A stretch of 64,000 bases of DNA from an uncultured delta proteobacterium (GCA_963733195.1 CAVTCR010000074.1:96001-160000), one strand, 5' to 3'; numbered from the stretch's first letter, positions 20,007 to 30,732 are shown. Made by a program: numbers and translations. Notes: a model not told the origin generated them from the letters alone.

Positions 20007-22475
20007 CTACGCAGTGAATCGTGCCCCGATCCGCAGAGCCTTTTTGAATGCCTGTTTAAGAACCGGAGAGCGCAAGACTTGCCGAGCAACCCAGGTGCTC
20101 CGCACCCGATTCACGAACCGCCCACCAATTTCATAGTCGCGCCAGGAGATTCCATTGCCATTCGAGAGGAAATGGGCGGCGTTCGCTTGGGATGTCACGA
20201 CCAGCTCGTTGCAGCGCCGCTCTAAGTTCTCGATATAGTCCCGTTGCGAAGTGATATAGCGATACTGATCCTCCCATGCCTCCCCTAATGTACGGATCTC
20301 TGCCTGTAATTGATCTCGATGCCGTTCCAAGGCCGCAACATATTCTTGCGACGGTTCACCCACTAGTTGTGCGGGTTGAAACCAGTTCCGCCCCGGTCCA
20401 TTAGCATTCTGGAGGTTGAAAAGTTCGACGCCCCATTCTCGGTAACGCTCCGGATGATGCTGAGTCAGCAAATCATATAGATAAAGAAATTGGTCACGAT
20501 TAGCACTGCGGAACATCGAGCCAGCGCGAATACGATACCGGACCAACGGATAGGGCAAGCTCACCGTCACGCCCCCCATGTCAAGCATCGCCAGCCAAGC
20601 TTCATAGTCCTCGAAATTGTACTCAAAGTTTGCGGCATTACGCGCCGCCCGCAAAAACGCAGTCCGCCGGACAACCGCGATAATCGCAATCATATTATGA
20701 CCAAGCTGATAGGGAAATTCCCCGTTCCACGTCGGCCACAAGTCATTTGCTTCGCCAAAGAAACGCAACCAGGAACACACGATGGAGACGTTCGCGTAGC
20801 GTTGCATGACCTCAACGGACCGCTGAAAAAAATCGGGGCCGACGATATCATCGGCATCAACGAGTGCCACGAATTCCCCACGTGCAGACTCTGCGCCAAC
20901 TTGACGGGCGGAAGCTAACCCTTGATTCTCAGTATGAATGACCCGAAGGTGTGGCAGGCGTCGACTTTCGAGTTCGTGGAGAACCGCTAGACTCTTCGGC
21001 TCTGTGCTGCCATCATCAATAATAAGAATTTCACAGGGAGTATAGGTTGATGCGAGAACGCTCTCGACCGTTTCTGGCAAGTAGTCACCGAGGTTATAAA
21101 AGGGGATGATAACGGACAGCAACCCAGCTTGCTCAGGGTCGCCCGCCGGAGCTGCCGCACTCGTAGGCTGGGCACTCGCCGAGAGTGTGTCTGGAACCAC
21201 ATTCACCGCCGGAAACATGCGCCGAGGGGCATGCTGAGCAATGACCGCCTCATAATGCCGCAGCCGCTGGGAGAGGATGACCTCAGGATCGCAGAGGGAA
21301 CGAATGCGAGCTTGGGCATTCTGCGCAATGGCGTGATGCTCTTCCTCACTCAGCGCCAGGACTCTCTTTAACTGTTGTTCGAAGTGCCCAGGCGTATCCC
21401 AGTCGAACAGAAAACCGTTTACACCATCGCGTTCGATCAGTTCGGCTTGCCCACCAAACTGCGAAGCGAGCACGACTTGGCCCATCCCCATCGCTTCCAT
21501 TGTGACATAGGAACAGCTTTCCCATAATGACGCGACCACCAGTGCCCATGACTGTTGAACCTGGTTCCACATTTCCTCGTCGCTCTCAATTTTTCCCGTA
21601 AACCGCAGACGACCGGCGTCAACCCATCGTGCATAACGCTCGCGCAAATACGCTCCAACCGTGGTTCCTTTGGGCCAAAAATCCGCATCGCTACCGATAA
21701 AGGTCAGAACAAAATCTTCTCCGGCTGCCCACAGACGGCTACACGCCTTGACCAGCGGGAGAACACCTTTGAGTACCTGTACGCGCCCGACCGCAACCAA
21801 ATGACGTGGTTGCACTTTTTGTGGAGCAACAGTCCGCCACGATAGCATTGGATGGGGCAGGATGTTCACATCAAGAGAACGACCAAGAGCGTGCTCAATT
21901 CGTTGCACGGCAAAGCGGGTCGGCGCATGCAAAGCGTCGGCAGCCGCGATGCAGAACTTTTCCATCTGCCCCTCCCAATATTCCGGGAAGCGATAGCGTG
22001 GTACTTGATTGACCCGTGACAGTTCAAACGAGGGGCTGTGGAGGTGCACAAGAATCGGAATATTTTTGAGCGGCGTATTCTCGGTCAACTTGCGCTGCAA
22101 CAGAAAATACGGAATCGCCACGTACTCTTGTGATTCAATGATATCGGGCGGTGGCAGGTGCTGCAAGAGTTTCACCACTTCCTCAGCTAATTGATAACTG
22201 AAGGCTGGCCAGTGTGCGAAGATGTTGTAGGGATACGCCGGGTGTGTATCTGGTTGCCCTCCTGGGTTCAGTTCATTCAACAGGGAGTCTCGTGGAACGA
22301 CACCAATCAATCGTACTCCGGGGGCAAGCATGGTGTCACACGGCTTCCGCATGTGAGCTAGAATCACGACTTCGTGTCCCGCAGCCCCAAGAACGCGCGC
22401 CCAGGTATCAACGTACCGTGCGATTCCCGCTGAAATTTCTTGAGGGATTTCTGAAGTCAACAACCAAATCCGCAT
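20007..22475 (-). CDS. Bifunctional GT4 + GT2 glycosyltransferase with C-terminal coiled coil
   Basis: GT4 (SLWESCSYVTMEAM), GT2 (LSVIIPFYN, IIDDGS, VDADD, FEDYE), heptad tail. Confidence 0.9.
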   Translation of the reverse strand: MRIWLLTSEIPQEISAGIARYVDTWARVLGAAGHEVVILAHMRKPCDTMLAPGVRLIGVVPRDSLLNELNPGGQPDTHPAYPYNIFAHWPAFSYQLAEEVVKLLQHLPPPDIIESQEYVAIPYFLLQRKLTENTPLKNIPILVHLHSPSFELSRVNQVPRYRFPEYWEGQMEKFCIAAADALHAPTRFAVQRIEHALGRSLDVNILPHPMLSWRTVAPQKVQPRHLVAVGRVQVLKGVLPLVKACSRLWAAGEDFVLTFIGSDADFWPKGTTVGAYLRERYARWVDAGRLRFTGKIESDEEMWNQVQQSWALVVASLWESCSYVTMEAMGMGQVVLASQFGGQAELIERDGVNGFLFDWDTPGHFEQQLKRVLALSEEEHHAIAQNAQARIRSLCDPEVILSQRLRHYEAVIAQHAPRRMFPAVNVVPDTLSASAQPTSAAAPAGDPEQAGLLSVIIPFYNLGDYLPETVESVLASTYTPCEILIIDDGSTEPKSLAVLHELESRRLPHLRVIHTENQGLASARQVGAESARGEFVALVDADDIVGPDFFQRSVEVMQRYANVSIVCSWLRFFGEANDLWPTWNGEFPYQLGHNMIAIIAVVRRTAFLRAARNAANFEYNFEDYEAWLAMLDMGGVTVSLPYPLVRYRIRAGSMFRSANRDQFLYLYDLLTQHHPERYREWGVELFNLQNANGPGRNWFQPAQLVGEPSQEYVAALERHRDQLQAEIRTLGEAWEDQYRYITSQRDYIENLERRCNELVVTSQANAAHFLSNGNGISWRDYEIGGRFVNRVRSTWVARQVLRSPVLKQAFKKALRIGARFTA

Positions 22476-22477
22476 GC

Positions 22478-25148
22478 CTATTCCTTTGCTTGATGAAGTA
22501 TGAGTCGGGATCGTATACGTAACCCGATCCGACGGGCAAGTCGCCCGAGTCGTTCTGGGAGTCGTCGCTGAAGTTCAACTCTCAACGCGTCACCCTCAGT
22601 AGCAAGCCGCTCCGTCTCTACCACGAGCCGTGCGCGTTCTTGTTCGAGATCCGTAATGTAACGTTGCTGATTCTCAATATGACGTTGCTGATTCTCAATA
22701 TGACGTTGCTGATTCTCAATGTGGGCTTTTTGCTCTTCCCACGATTTCCCTACCCGTTGTGAATCTGCCCATATTTGATCCTTCATCTGCTCCAGCTCTT
22801 GAATATACCGATATTGGTCCTCCCACGCCTTTCCCACCCGTTGCGCATCTGCCCATATTTGATCCTTCATTTGCTCTACCTCACGAATATAGGCAAGCTG
22901 GCGTTCGCTCTGCGCGTCAAGCGCAACGACACGGCGATGCCATTCAGCAAGGGCGTCAAGCGCATACTGCAGAGCTTTGGGTTCCTGTTTGCTCGCCGGT
23001 CGCTCGGCATAATGGTGGAGGGCATCCTGCCGCGCAAGCAGTGTCTCATCCACCTCGCGCTTAAATCGAAAGGCATGAGAGGCATTTTGTTGATGCCATC
23101 GATACAACAACAGCGGTTGGCTAATGAAACCAACATTTCCTTCCGCACATAGTTTCATCCACATGACATAATCACAAGCAAATCCCAACCGTTCATCAAA
23201 TTGTCCGATTTTTAACAAGTGTGCACGCCGTACCACTACCGCAGGCGCACAAATGCGATTGCGAAAGAGAAGCTGGTAAAAATAAGCCTTCCCAGCAATG
23301 ACACAATCGTCCACGGCATTGTCGATCCAGTCGATAGGTGGGTTCGGTGCCGCCGCCTCGATAAGAAACTCAACTGGAGGAGTGGACGAAAGCAATCGTT
23401 GGATCGGCGGCCAGCATCTCCACCTTTCTCGCTAGGTTTTCCGGTAACATGATATCATCCTGATGAAAGATACAAATATACTCGCCACGAGCTAAAGAGA
23501 GGCAGCGATTCCAGTTTCCAGGAATCCCGAGCTGTGTCTCGTTCTGGTAGATAGCAATACGGGGGTCGGTAAATGAACGAGCGATATCGAGCGTTGTGTC
23601 GGTCGATCCGTCATCGACAATCAATAATTCAAAATCCCTGAAGCTTTGCGAGAGAACACTCTCGATCGCCTCGGTCAAGAATGCTGCGCCGTTATAGGTA
23701 GGAATGCAGACACTCACAGAGATAGACTTCATCTCTTCGATCTGACGGCAGACAACGCTTTCTTTCCCTTCAGGAAGCGTCTGGAAAGTCTCGACACCTT
23801 GCTTACCTTCCTCTTTTGCAAAGGGGGGTTGAGAGGGGTCTTCGCATTGCGACGACAGAATCCCCTCACGCTGCGCATTTCCCTCTTTTTCCAAAGGAGG
23901 GAAATAAAGCTGCCCTTTCCGCTGTGTAATCACCTCTCCATAGATGTCCTCTATCTCGCTCGCATATTTTTCTATCGTCTTCACCGGCGGGACGGCCCTC
24001 CGTAAGCGCTCCAGGAATCCGGTATCCTTAATGCAGCGGGTGAGACAGCGTTGCAGATCTGCTGCATTCTCCGGCTCGAAGAGCAAACCATTAACACCAT
24101 CTTGGATGGCCTCAGTCAGCGCTCCCCGTCGTGCGGCAATCACCGGCATCCCAGCAAAAAAGGCTTCACGGACCAGAATTGAGAAGGTCTCCTCCCAGAT
24201 CATTGGCATGACTAAGACATCATGCCGCATCAAGATGTCACCAAGTTGGTCATGAGTATACGTTCCGCAGAATTTCACCGGGAGTTCTTTCGCGGTCTCG
24301 TGGAGTTGCGCGATGTATGTCGCCCACTGTGACCATTCGAGACCGTAGAGAGACACTTCCACAGCCTCGCTCGGCAGCCCCTTGAGTGCTTCGAGCAACA
24401 CGTGTGCACCTTTATGCGGGGCGAGGACTCCAACGTAGAGAATCCGTAATGGGGTACCAGATGGACGCGGAGAGCGTTCCTGTGTGACCCCTGGCACCGC
24501 CTTCACTCCAAGTGGGACCGCCCGCAACCGATCGGTCAAGAACGGGAAATATCCTCGCATCTTGTCAGCAAGAAAGACTGACGGCGTTATCACGACATCC
24601 GGGGCGTGCACTACCCTTTCCATGTCCGTAAACCGCTGACGGGCTTCCTCAGCCGAAGCCGACTCTTGCAGACACGCCACACACCGCTCACCCCGCTCCG
24701 GACCAGGACAAAGCCTCTGCTGCGCGTCCAGTAAATGCACGCGATGACAGGCAAAGAAAAAATCGTGCAAGCTCAGGACGGTCGGATAGCCAAGGGCTGG
24801 GGTAAGGCGGAGCAGACTTACAGAAAGATGTTGGGTGTGTTGGAAATGAACAATTTCGGGACGGACACGTTCCAACAGTTGGAGGAACGGACGATTGAGC
24901 CAAGGATTGTCATACAGCAGGCGAAACGAACCACTCCGCGTGTAGTTGTTCACTATACGGACTACTGGAAGGCCGCCAAACGTCTCGTCATGGACGGTTC
25001 CTTCCTCGGCGGTCGCGTCATACACCCGCGTTATGATACTCACCTCGTGTCCACGCTGTTGTAAAGCTTGCGACAGATGAAGCGTGACTAATTCCGTTCC
25101 CGTCCACTCATTCGGCGGGAAGCCGTGCACAACTTGTAAAATGCGCAT
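22478..25148 (-). CDS. Bifunctional GT4 + GT2 glycosyltransferase with repeat coiled-coil tail; one frameshift near 23375
   Basis: ORF 23370-25148 ends mid-GT2 (FHQDD...FVHSS). ORF 22478-23395 supplies the rest of GT2 (FDERLGFACDY) and the coiled coil. Confidence 0.85.
22661..22723. repeat. 3 x 21-bp tandem repeat encoding HIENQQR
   Basis: acgttgctgattctcaatatg twice, then acgttgctgattctcaatgtg. Confidence 0.95.
22729..22892. repeat. 2 x 84-bp tandem repeat encoding a 28-aa unit
   Basis: YIxExEQMKDQIWAD(A/S)QRVGK(A/S)WE(D/E)Q duplicated. Confidence 0.9.
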
Positions 25149-25155
25149 AGAGTGC

Positions 25156-27453
25156 TTATCTCCGTTTCACCTGCTCTTGAAAGGACAGACGCCGTACGAG
25201 CCACCGTGGCAATCGTTCGACTTGCTCACCTAACCAATAGCCTATATTTCCCGCAAGATGCCAGTTCACTGCCGGTCCCGCCCACTGCTTTAGCACCTCA
25301 GCCTTACTGTACCCCTTCTGCCGCCGCCAAAATAGCAAATCCAACTTGGCGACCCGTAACGCGCCAGTCAGACACTCTTGCAACGATCGCTGTGGAGGGT
25401 CACCAAACAATTTGTGCATCGCTACCGCGTGCTCGAAGTGACGACAGAAGTTCGTCCACGGCCCGTAGCTGTGGGAATGTATCACAATCGAATCTGCCGC
25501 ATAGGCCGTCTTGCACCCTGCTTTCAGTACTTGATCAGCCCAGGCTTGATCCTCAGCAAAGTCCACCTCAGGGAACGGAGAATGTTCCCAGAAAGAGCGA
25601 CGGAGCACCGCACTCGTATTAGCAAAGAACCGATACAGATATCGATTCCGTTCGTAATCAGGGTTATCGATCATCGCGTGTACGCGCGACTCGAGTTTGC
25701 CGTGGAACTCGTACTCAACAATCCGGTGCCATTCCATCGGATGACAATCGGGCCGTGGTATATGACGGCTGTAAACCCCAACAATACTTGGGTCGTGGCG
25801 TAACGGAGCGAGCAGATTGTGCAACCAGCGTTCATTCGCCGGAGTCGCATCTTGCGTGAGAAATACCAGCGTATCGCCGTGCGCATGTGAAGCTAACAAG
25901 TTGCGCGTTCGCCCATGTCCAAATTCCTGGGCAGGTATCTGCACAACAGTGACTCCGTATTGTTTCAAGATCTGCACCGTCTCGTCGCACGATCCAGAAT
26001 CTATGGCAATGATCTCTTGGAGTCGAAAGTCTCCTTGCTGCTTGCGAACGCCATCGAGAACTTCAGCAAGGTAACGTGCGCCATTTTTCGTGGGGATGAG
26101 GACGGATACAGCAGGCACAGCCTGCCCTACTCTGTCATTGGCCGACAGTGGCGCGATTGTGTAGGGCGGGCTATGCCCGCCAAACAGTTGCCGCGAAACC
26201 TCTGTGATGTCCCCCTGGCCCCGCTGCGAGTGAACTTCACGATAAATCTCTTCCATCTCTTCCGCATACTCATTCACCGTTTTAAACTGTGACTTGACAG
26301 AACGCAGTCTCTCGATGAGACCGGGCTCGTTTAAGAGTCGCAGTAAGCACCGTCGCAAATCCGCTACATTTTCGGGTTCGAATAACAGTCCATTCACGCC
26401 ATCTTTTATCACAGCTGGTAATGCACCACGTCGCGCAGCGATAACTGGAAGTCCGGCCGCAAGAGCCTCGCGCGCAACCAACGAGAAAGTCTCCTCGCAA
26501 ATCATAGGCATGACAAGCACATCATGAGCAGCCAGGATCTCGGCAAATTGCTCGTGCTGGTAACCCCCACAGAAGTGCACCGGAAGACCCGTGGCCTGCA
26601 TGCGCAGTTGATCAGCATATGGCTGCCAATAAGGTAAGACTGCACCATACAGGGAAGCTTCAACGGTACCAGCCGGAAGTTCTTTGAGGGCATCAACAAG
26701 AATATGTGCGCCTTTGGGAGGAAAGAGCAGTCCGCTATAGAGGAGACGCAGGGGTTTTCCCAATTGCCGTGGGCGAGGGTGAACCGAGGCGGGTTTGAGT
26801 CCCAAAGGGACAGCACGTATCTTGGGGTGCAATGCCGGGAAGTACTCAGCGATCTTCTCACTCAGAAATGTGGAAGGGGTGATGACTACCTGTGCAGCGT
26901 GCATCGACTGTTCCATTGTCGTAAAGCGATGATAGATGTCTTCTTGTGACGCAATCCCCTTGAGACAGGGAACACAGCGCTCACCACGTTCGGGTCCGGT
27001 ACACAACTTCCCTTGAGCATCAACCAGATGAATCCGCTGGCAAGGAAAAAAGAAGTCGTGCAAACTCAGGACAGTCTGATACCCCTGCGCGGCAGCAAGA
27101 GAAATGAGGCTCGCGGAAAAATGTGCAATATGCTGAAAATGAACAATATCTGGACGAACGCGCACTAAGAGCTTACGGAATAGTTCATCATAGAAAGGAT
27201 TATCGTAGAACAAACGAAAGGTTGTTGTCTGGGTATGGTTATTAACCACTCGCCACACTGCGACACCGCTATACTGCTCTTCGCGCATGGAAAATTCGTC
27301 AGCCGTCCGGTCTTCGGTGCGCGTGAGTACAGTGACATTATGTCCACGTTCCTGTAGCGCTTGAGATAGATGAAGCGTGACCAATTCGGTCCCAGCCCAG
27401 GCATCAGGAGGGAATCCGTGGACGATCTGGAGGATGCGCATTGGTTTGGTCAC
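25156..27453 (-). CDS. Bifunctional GT4 + GT2 glycosyltransferase
   Basis: GT4 paralogous to neighbours (ILQIVHGFPP, EETFSLVAREA) and GT2 (VSVLIPTKNG, IDSGS, LTQDA, AEDQAW). Confidence 0.92.
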   Translation of the reverse strand: MTKPMRILQIVHGFPPDAWAGTELVTLHLSQALQERGHNVTVLTRTEDRTADEFSMREEQYSGVAVWRVVNNHTQTTTFRLFYDNPFYDELFRKLLVRVRPDIVHFQHIAHFSASLISLAAAQGYQTVLSLHDFFFPCQRIHLVDAQGKLCTGPERGERCVPCLKGIASQEDIYHRFTTMEQSMHAAQVVITPSTFLSEKIAEYFPALHPKIRAVPLGLKPASVHPRPRQLGKPLRLLYSGLLFPPKGAHILVDALKELPAGTVEASLYGAVLPYWQPYADQLRMQATGLPVHFCGGYQHEQFAEILAAHDVLVMPMICEETFSLVAREALAAGLPVIAARRGALPAVIKDGVNGLLFEPENVADLRRCLLRLLNEPGLIERLRSVKSQFKTVNEYAEEMEEIYREVHSQRGQGDITEVSRQLFGGHSPPYTIAPLSANDRVGQAVPAVSVLIPTKNGARYLAEVLDGVRKQQGDFRLQEIIAIDSGSCDETVQILKQYGVTVVQIPAQEFGHGRTRNLLASHAHGDTLVFLTQDATPANERWLHNLLAPLRHDPSIVGVYSRHIPRPDCHPMEWHRIVEYEFHGKLESRVHAMIDNPDYERNRYLYRFFANTSAVLRRSFWEHSPFPEVDFAEDQAWADQVLKAGCKTAYAADSIVIHSHSYGPWTNFCRHFEHAVAMHKLFGDPPQRSLQECLTGALRVAKLDLLFWRRQKGYSKAEVLKQWAGPAVNWHLAGNIGYWLGEQVERLPRWLVRRLSFQEQVKRR

Positions 27454-27549
27454 GCAGTCGGCATGAACTTCTCAGCGGCAGTGTCACGTGGACGAGTATT
27501 TGACTTTGCGGTAGTGACGTGCCGAGCTATGTTTTATACGAAAGTCGCT

Positions 27550-28716
27550 ATGAGGAAAAGGTGTGCCATTCTGACCTCGTTCGATCCCTATGTTTTCAAA
27601 GGGGGAATCGAGACCTATACTCGGCAGATGCTCGACGCGCTCCGAGGTTATGGTTGCGCTGTTGATATCTATCACACGCAGTTTCTTCCTGAAGGTGCTG
27701 ACACTCACTCTTCCCCTTCCTCTTTCCACAGCCTTTTCTTAAACAACCTTTCCCAAGTCGGGAGAGCATTCTATCGCGTCGATCATTTGTACGACTTCGT
27801 GATCGCCCATGCGTTCTTCGGTTTCGCCTACTCTCCTCCACGTATCCCAGCATTCACGATTTTTCATTCGACCCATGCACAGTATGCAGAAGCAAATCGC
27901 GAACTGTTCTCAGCCGAGTGGTACTTTGAAGTCAAACACCTCTTTGGCCTCGGTGCCGAACGATTATCTACGGTTGGGAAAAAAGTGATCGCGGTAAGTG
28001 ACGCAGTTGCGCACGAGGTGACCACCCATTACGGGGCTACGGATATCACCACTGTTTTGACAGGAGTGGACCAGACGGTTTTCTTTCCGCGGCCATATAA
28101 GAAAGAGCTACGCGACCAGTTTGCTATTCCACGGGACGCGTTCGTAGGAGTGTTCCTTGCACGTTGGGGCGTCGACAAAGCCGTCGATGTTTTGCAGGAG
28201 ATCATGGAGGCAACCCCAGGCGTTTTCTGGGTACTGATCCTCGGCACTGGAGCACCGTGTCCTTTGCAAGGAAGGCCAAATACCAGGATTATTGAAAATA
28301 TCGAACGCAGTGAAGTCGCGGCGATTCTTTCGTGTGCGGATTTCCTTCTCCATCCCTCACGATACGAAGGTTTTGGCTTAGCCATTGCGGAAGCACTCGC
28401 CTGTGGCCTCCCTGTTATTGCCGCACCTGTTGGGGTTGCACAGTCGGTTCTCCAGAATCCACCGTTACAGTCGTTGTTGCTCCCTCCTTACAACGAAGGA
28501 AAACAACGCGTGATGACTACAGCAATTGAGGCGATTTCACGGTTGCGGAAAGACGCAGGCTTACATAACGCCTGTGCTGCAGCAGGCCTGGAGGTTGCGA
28601 GCCAGTCACTGACTCTGACGCAGTGGGAGCACGCGCTCCTCACTACTCTCGGCCTCACTGCAGAAAAAAGCGCTGAGGTACAACCTCCCTTGCCAAAAGA
28701 AGGATACGCATCGTGA
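27550..28716 (+). CDS. Glycosyltransferase family 4
   Basis: GGIETY and PSRYEGFGLAIAEALACGLPV. Likely start MRKR at 27550; the longer ORF overlaps the divergent gene. Confidence 0.88.
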   Translation: MRKRCAILTSFDPYVFKGGIETYTRQMLDALRGYGCAVDIYHTQFLPEGADTHSSPSSFHSLFLNNLSQVGRAFYRVDHLYDFVIAHAFFGFAYSPPRIPAFTIFHSTHAQYAEANRELFSAEWYFEVKHLFGLGAERLSTVGKKVIAVSDAVAHEVTTHYGATDITTVLTGVDQTVFFPRPYKKELRDQFAIPRDAFVGVFLARWGVDKAVDVLQEIMEATPGVFWVLILGTGAPCPLQGRPNTRIIENIERSEVAAILSCADFLLHPSRYEGFGLAIAEALACGLPVIAAPVGVAQSVLQNPPLQSLLLPPYNEGKQRVMTTAIEAISRLRKDAGLHNACAAAGLEVASQSLTLTQWEHALLTTLGLTAEKSAEVQPPLPKEGYAS

Positions 28717-29771
28717 ACACTGGGTTGCCACCGGCACAGCGGATCTTGGTTCTTGCCCCACACCCGGACGATGAAAGTCTGAGTTGCGGAGGTACGATTG
28801 TTCGCTATGTCAGGGATGGTGCAGTCGTCAGCCTCTTAGTAGTCTCGGACGGAGCAGCGATTGAAGAACCAGATGGGTACCACGAAGATGTGGTCGCTAT
28901 CCGTAGGCAAGAACTGACAGCCGCAGCAGCGATCCTCGGCATCTCACAGCTTCACGAAGTGGAACTTCCAGATGGCCAGCTCGTTCATCACCCAGGAAGA
29001 ATCCGAGAAGCTATTCACGCGCAGCTCGCCGATTTTCGGCCTGACCTTGTCCTGGCTCCGTCTCCCATCGATGGACATAGCGATCACGTTACTGTTGGTC
29101 GCATTACGCTCCAGCTTTTTCGTGAAACTCCGGGATGGACGTTGGCTTTCTATGAGGGGCTTGCCCCTCTCCGTTTCAATTGGCTGGTAGAAATTACCGA
29201 GGTCGCTCCTCTAAAAGAAAAAGCTATTCACTGCTATCAACGTAGCCTTTTCCAACAGCCAACGCTCTTCTGGGAGGCATTTCATGCACTCAATGTAGCG
29301 AAATCAGCTTTTGTCCATCGTCCTGGTCTTTTTGAAGCCCTCTGGGTGTTACATACTCCGCCCACAGATTACGAGATTATCGAGTGGGCAACCTATGGTT
29401 TTCAGCCGCACGATAACGGACAGCCTACATTACGAACAGTCCAGCAGATTGATGAACTACTGTTTGCCCTACAAGAGAAGGCAACAACCCTTGCTGATGT
29501 GCAGAAACGACACGACGCACTTCAGCGTGAGAATACTGAGCTTCAGCGTCAATTGCACGAACAAGTGGCCGTAGACACTGCCTTGCGACAAACTGTTGAA
29601 TCACGCACTCAAGGATTCCAGCAAGAGCGCAGCCAATTTTCCTTAAAGTTTCCGCCGTTCCTTCGTCACCACGTCGAGCGTGCGTTTCCTCCCGGTTCAC
29701 CCCGGCGTGCAGTGCTGGATGCTGTGAAGCGCCGTATCATTCAATACACGTCAAAATCACCAAGTGAGTAG
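28713..29771 (+). CDS. PIG-L family N-acetylsugar deacetylase with C-terminal coiled coil
   Basis: APHPDDE, RRQE, DGHSDH motifs. Confidence 0.9.
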   Translation: MNTGLPPAQRILVLAPHPDDESLSCGGTIVRYVRDGAVVSLLVVSDGAAIEEPDGYHEDVVAIRRQELTAAAAILGISQLHEVELPDGQLVHHPGRIREAIHAQLADFRPDLVLAPSPIDGHSDHVTVGRITLQLFRETPGWTLAFYEGLAPLRFNWLVEITEVAPLKEKAIHCYQRSLFQQPTLFWEAFHALNVAKSAFVHRPGLFEALWVLHTPPTDYEIIEWATYGFQPHDNGQPTLRTVQQIDELLFALQEKATTLADVQKRHDALQRENTELQRQLHEQVAVDTALRQTVESRTQGFQQERSQFSLKFPPFLRHHVERAFPPGSPRRAVLDAVKRRIIQYTSKSPSE

Positions 29772-30670
29772 TAGAAATGCTTAGCGAGCCAAGCCGCATT
29801 GAGCCGTTGGTCAAACAAGCGACATTCCAGCCAATGTTCGGTATCTTCGTCGCGGTAACATGCTGAACCGCACAGAAAGTGGCGTTCCCACGAAAACGGT
29901 GGAAACCATCCTTCTAACACCGCCGCGCCTTCGTCCTGTGCGACGTTTTCCACTCCGGCCAGTAACTGTTGCGGAAGGGTTTCGTCATCACGGGCAACTA
30001 AGAACTCCATAAGTCGCGCCGTTTCCTTCTGAACTCCAACCACAGCTAACGCCGGCGCTGCAGGAATGGTCACTAGACGATAGTGGCGGTCCGGCCGCGC
30101 AAGATATCGCCACGAGAGATATGCCTGATCACGACAGGTCCCTATACTCACATGCTGTCTCAGATGGTGCCACTGACTGTCCCAATTCAGCGGCAGTACA
30201 TCATACACCGCGTCAGCAGGGGGACTTCCAGAGGGAAGGGAAGAGAGAGCTTTGAACACTTTGTGAACACGGGTAACAGGTTCATAGCCAACGAGCAGCT
30301 CACCGAGGCGTTTATGGCGTTCGGTCGGAAAACCATAGAGAAAAAGCCCCTGCCCCTCGCACAGCTCTCGCATAAACGCGAGCACGGTCTGCCGGAACAG
30401 CCCTCGACCTTGCTTGTGTGGATGAGCCATCACATCAATCGCATCCCACGCGTAGTGCTCCACCCCGTGCCAATGGACGCGCTGGCGGATTGTGCCGTAG
30501 TGACAGACAATTTCCCCATCCTCTTCAGCCACGAACGCAGGGGGGGCATTACTATCACGGAGGTATTTCCAGCGCCACACTGCCGGTGACATTTCGCTCT
30601 GGAAGACAAGCGAGAACAGCCGTAAAATTCCGGCTTCATCTTCAGCGGTGGCGGGGCGAATAACTGCCAT
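29741..30670 (-). CDS. GNAT family N-acyltransferase
   Basis: DVMAHPHKQGRGLF acyl-CoA motif, YGFP, YLSWRY. Confidence 0.85.
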   Translation of the reverse strand: MAVIRPATAEDEAGILRLFSLVFQSEMSPAVWRWKYLRDSNAPPAFVAEEDGEIVCHYGTIRQRVHWHGVEHYAWDAIDVMAHPHKQGRGLFRQTVLAFMRELCEGQGLFLYGFPTERHKRLGELLVGYEPVTRVHKVFKALSSLPSGSPPADAVYDVLPLNWDSQWHHLRQHVSIGTCRDQAYLSWRYLARPDRHYRLVTIPAAPALAVVGVQKETARLMEFLVARDDETLPQQLLAGVENVAQDEGAAVLEGWFPPFSWERHFLCGSACYRDEDTEHWLECRLFDQRLNAAWLAKHFYYSLGDFDVY

Positions 30671-30732
30671 GAAGGCATCAGCGGCTATGGGCGACTGCTA
30701 CACGCTTCATCACCTACACTTTGCAATCTGTC

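Noticed and set aside
22661-22892. Tandem repeats as a possible CRISPR array
   Set aside because: No spacers, in-frame coding repeats, and no cas genes in the window.
23360-23400. Programmed frameshift or phase variation in the GT gene (also gspD, gspM, TMTC-like, ligase)
   Set aside because: No consistent slippery or homopolymer tract, and similar single indels are scattered across the window, so sequencing error is more parsimonious.
27370-27549. Extended N-terminus of the plus-strand GT4
   Set aside because: Overlaps the start of the divergent gene; the GT4 fold begins at MRKR (27550).
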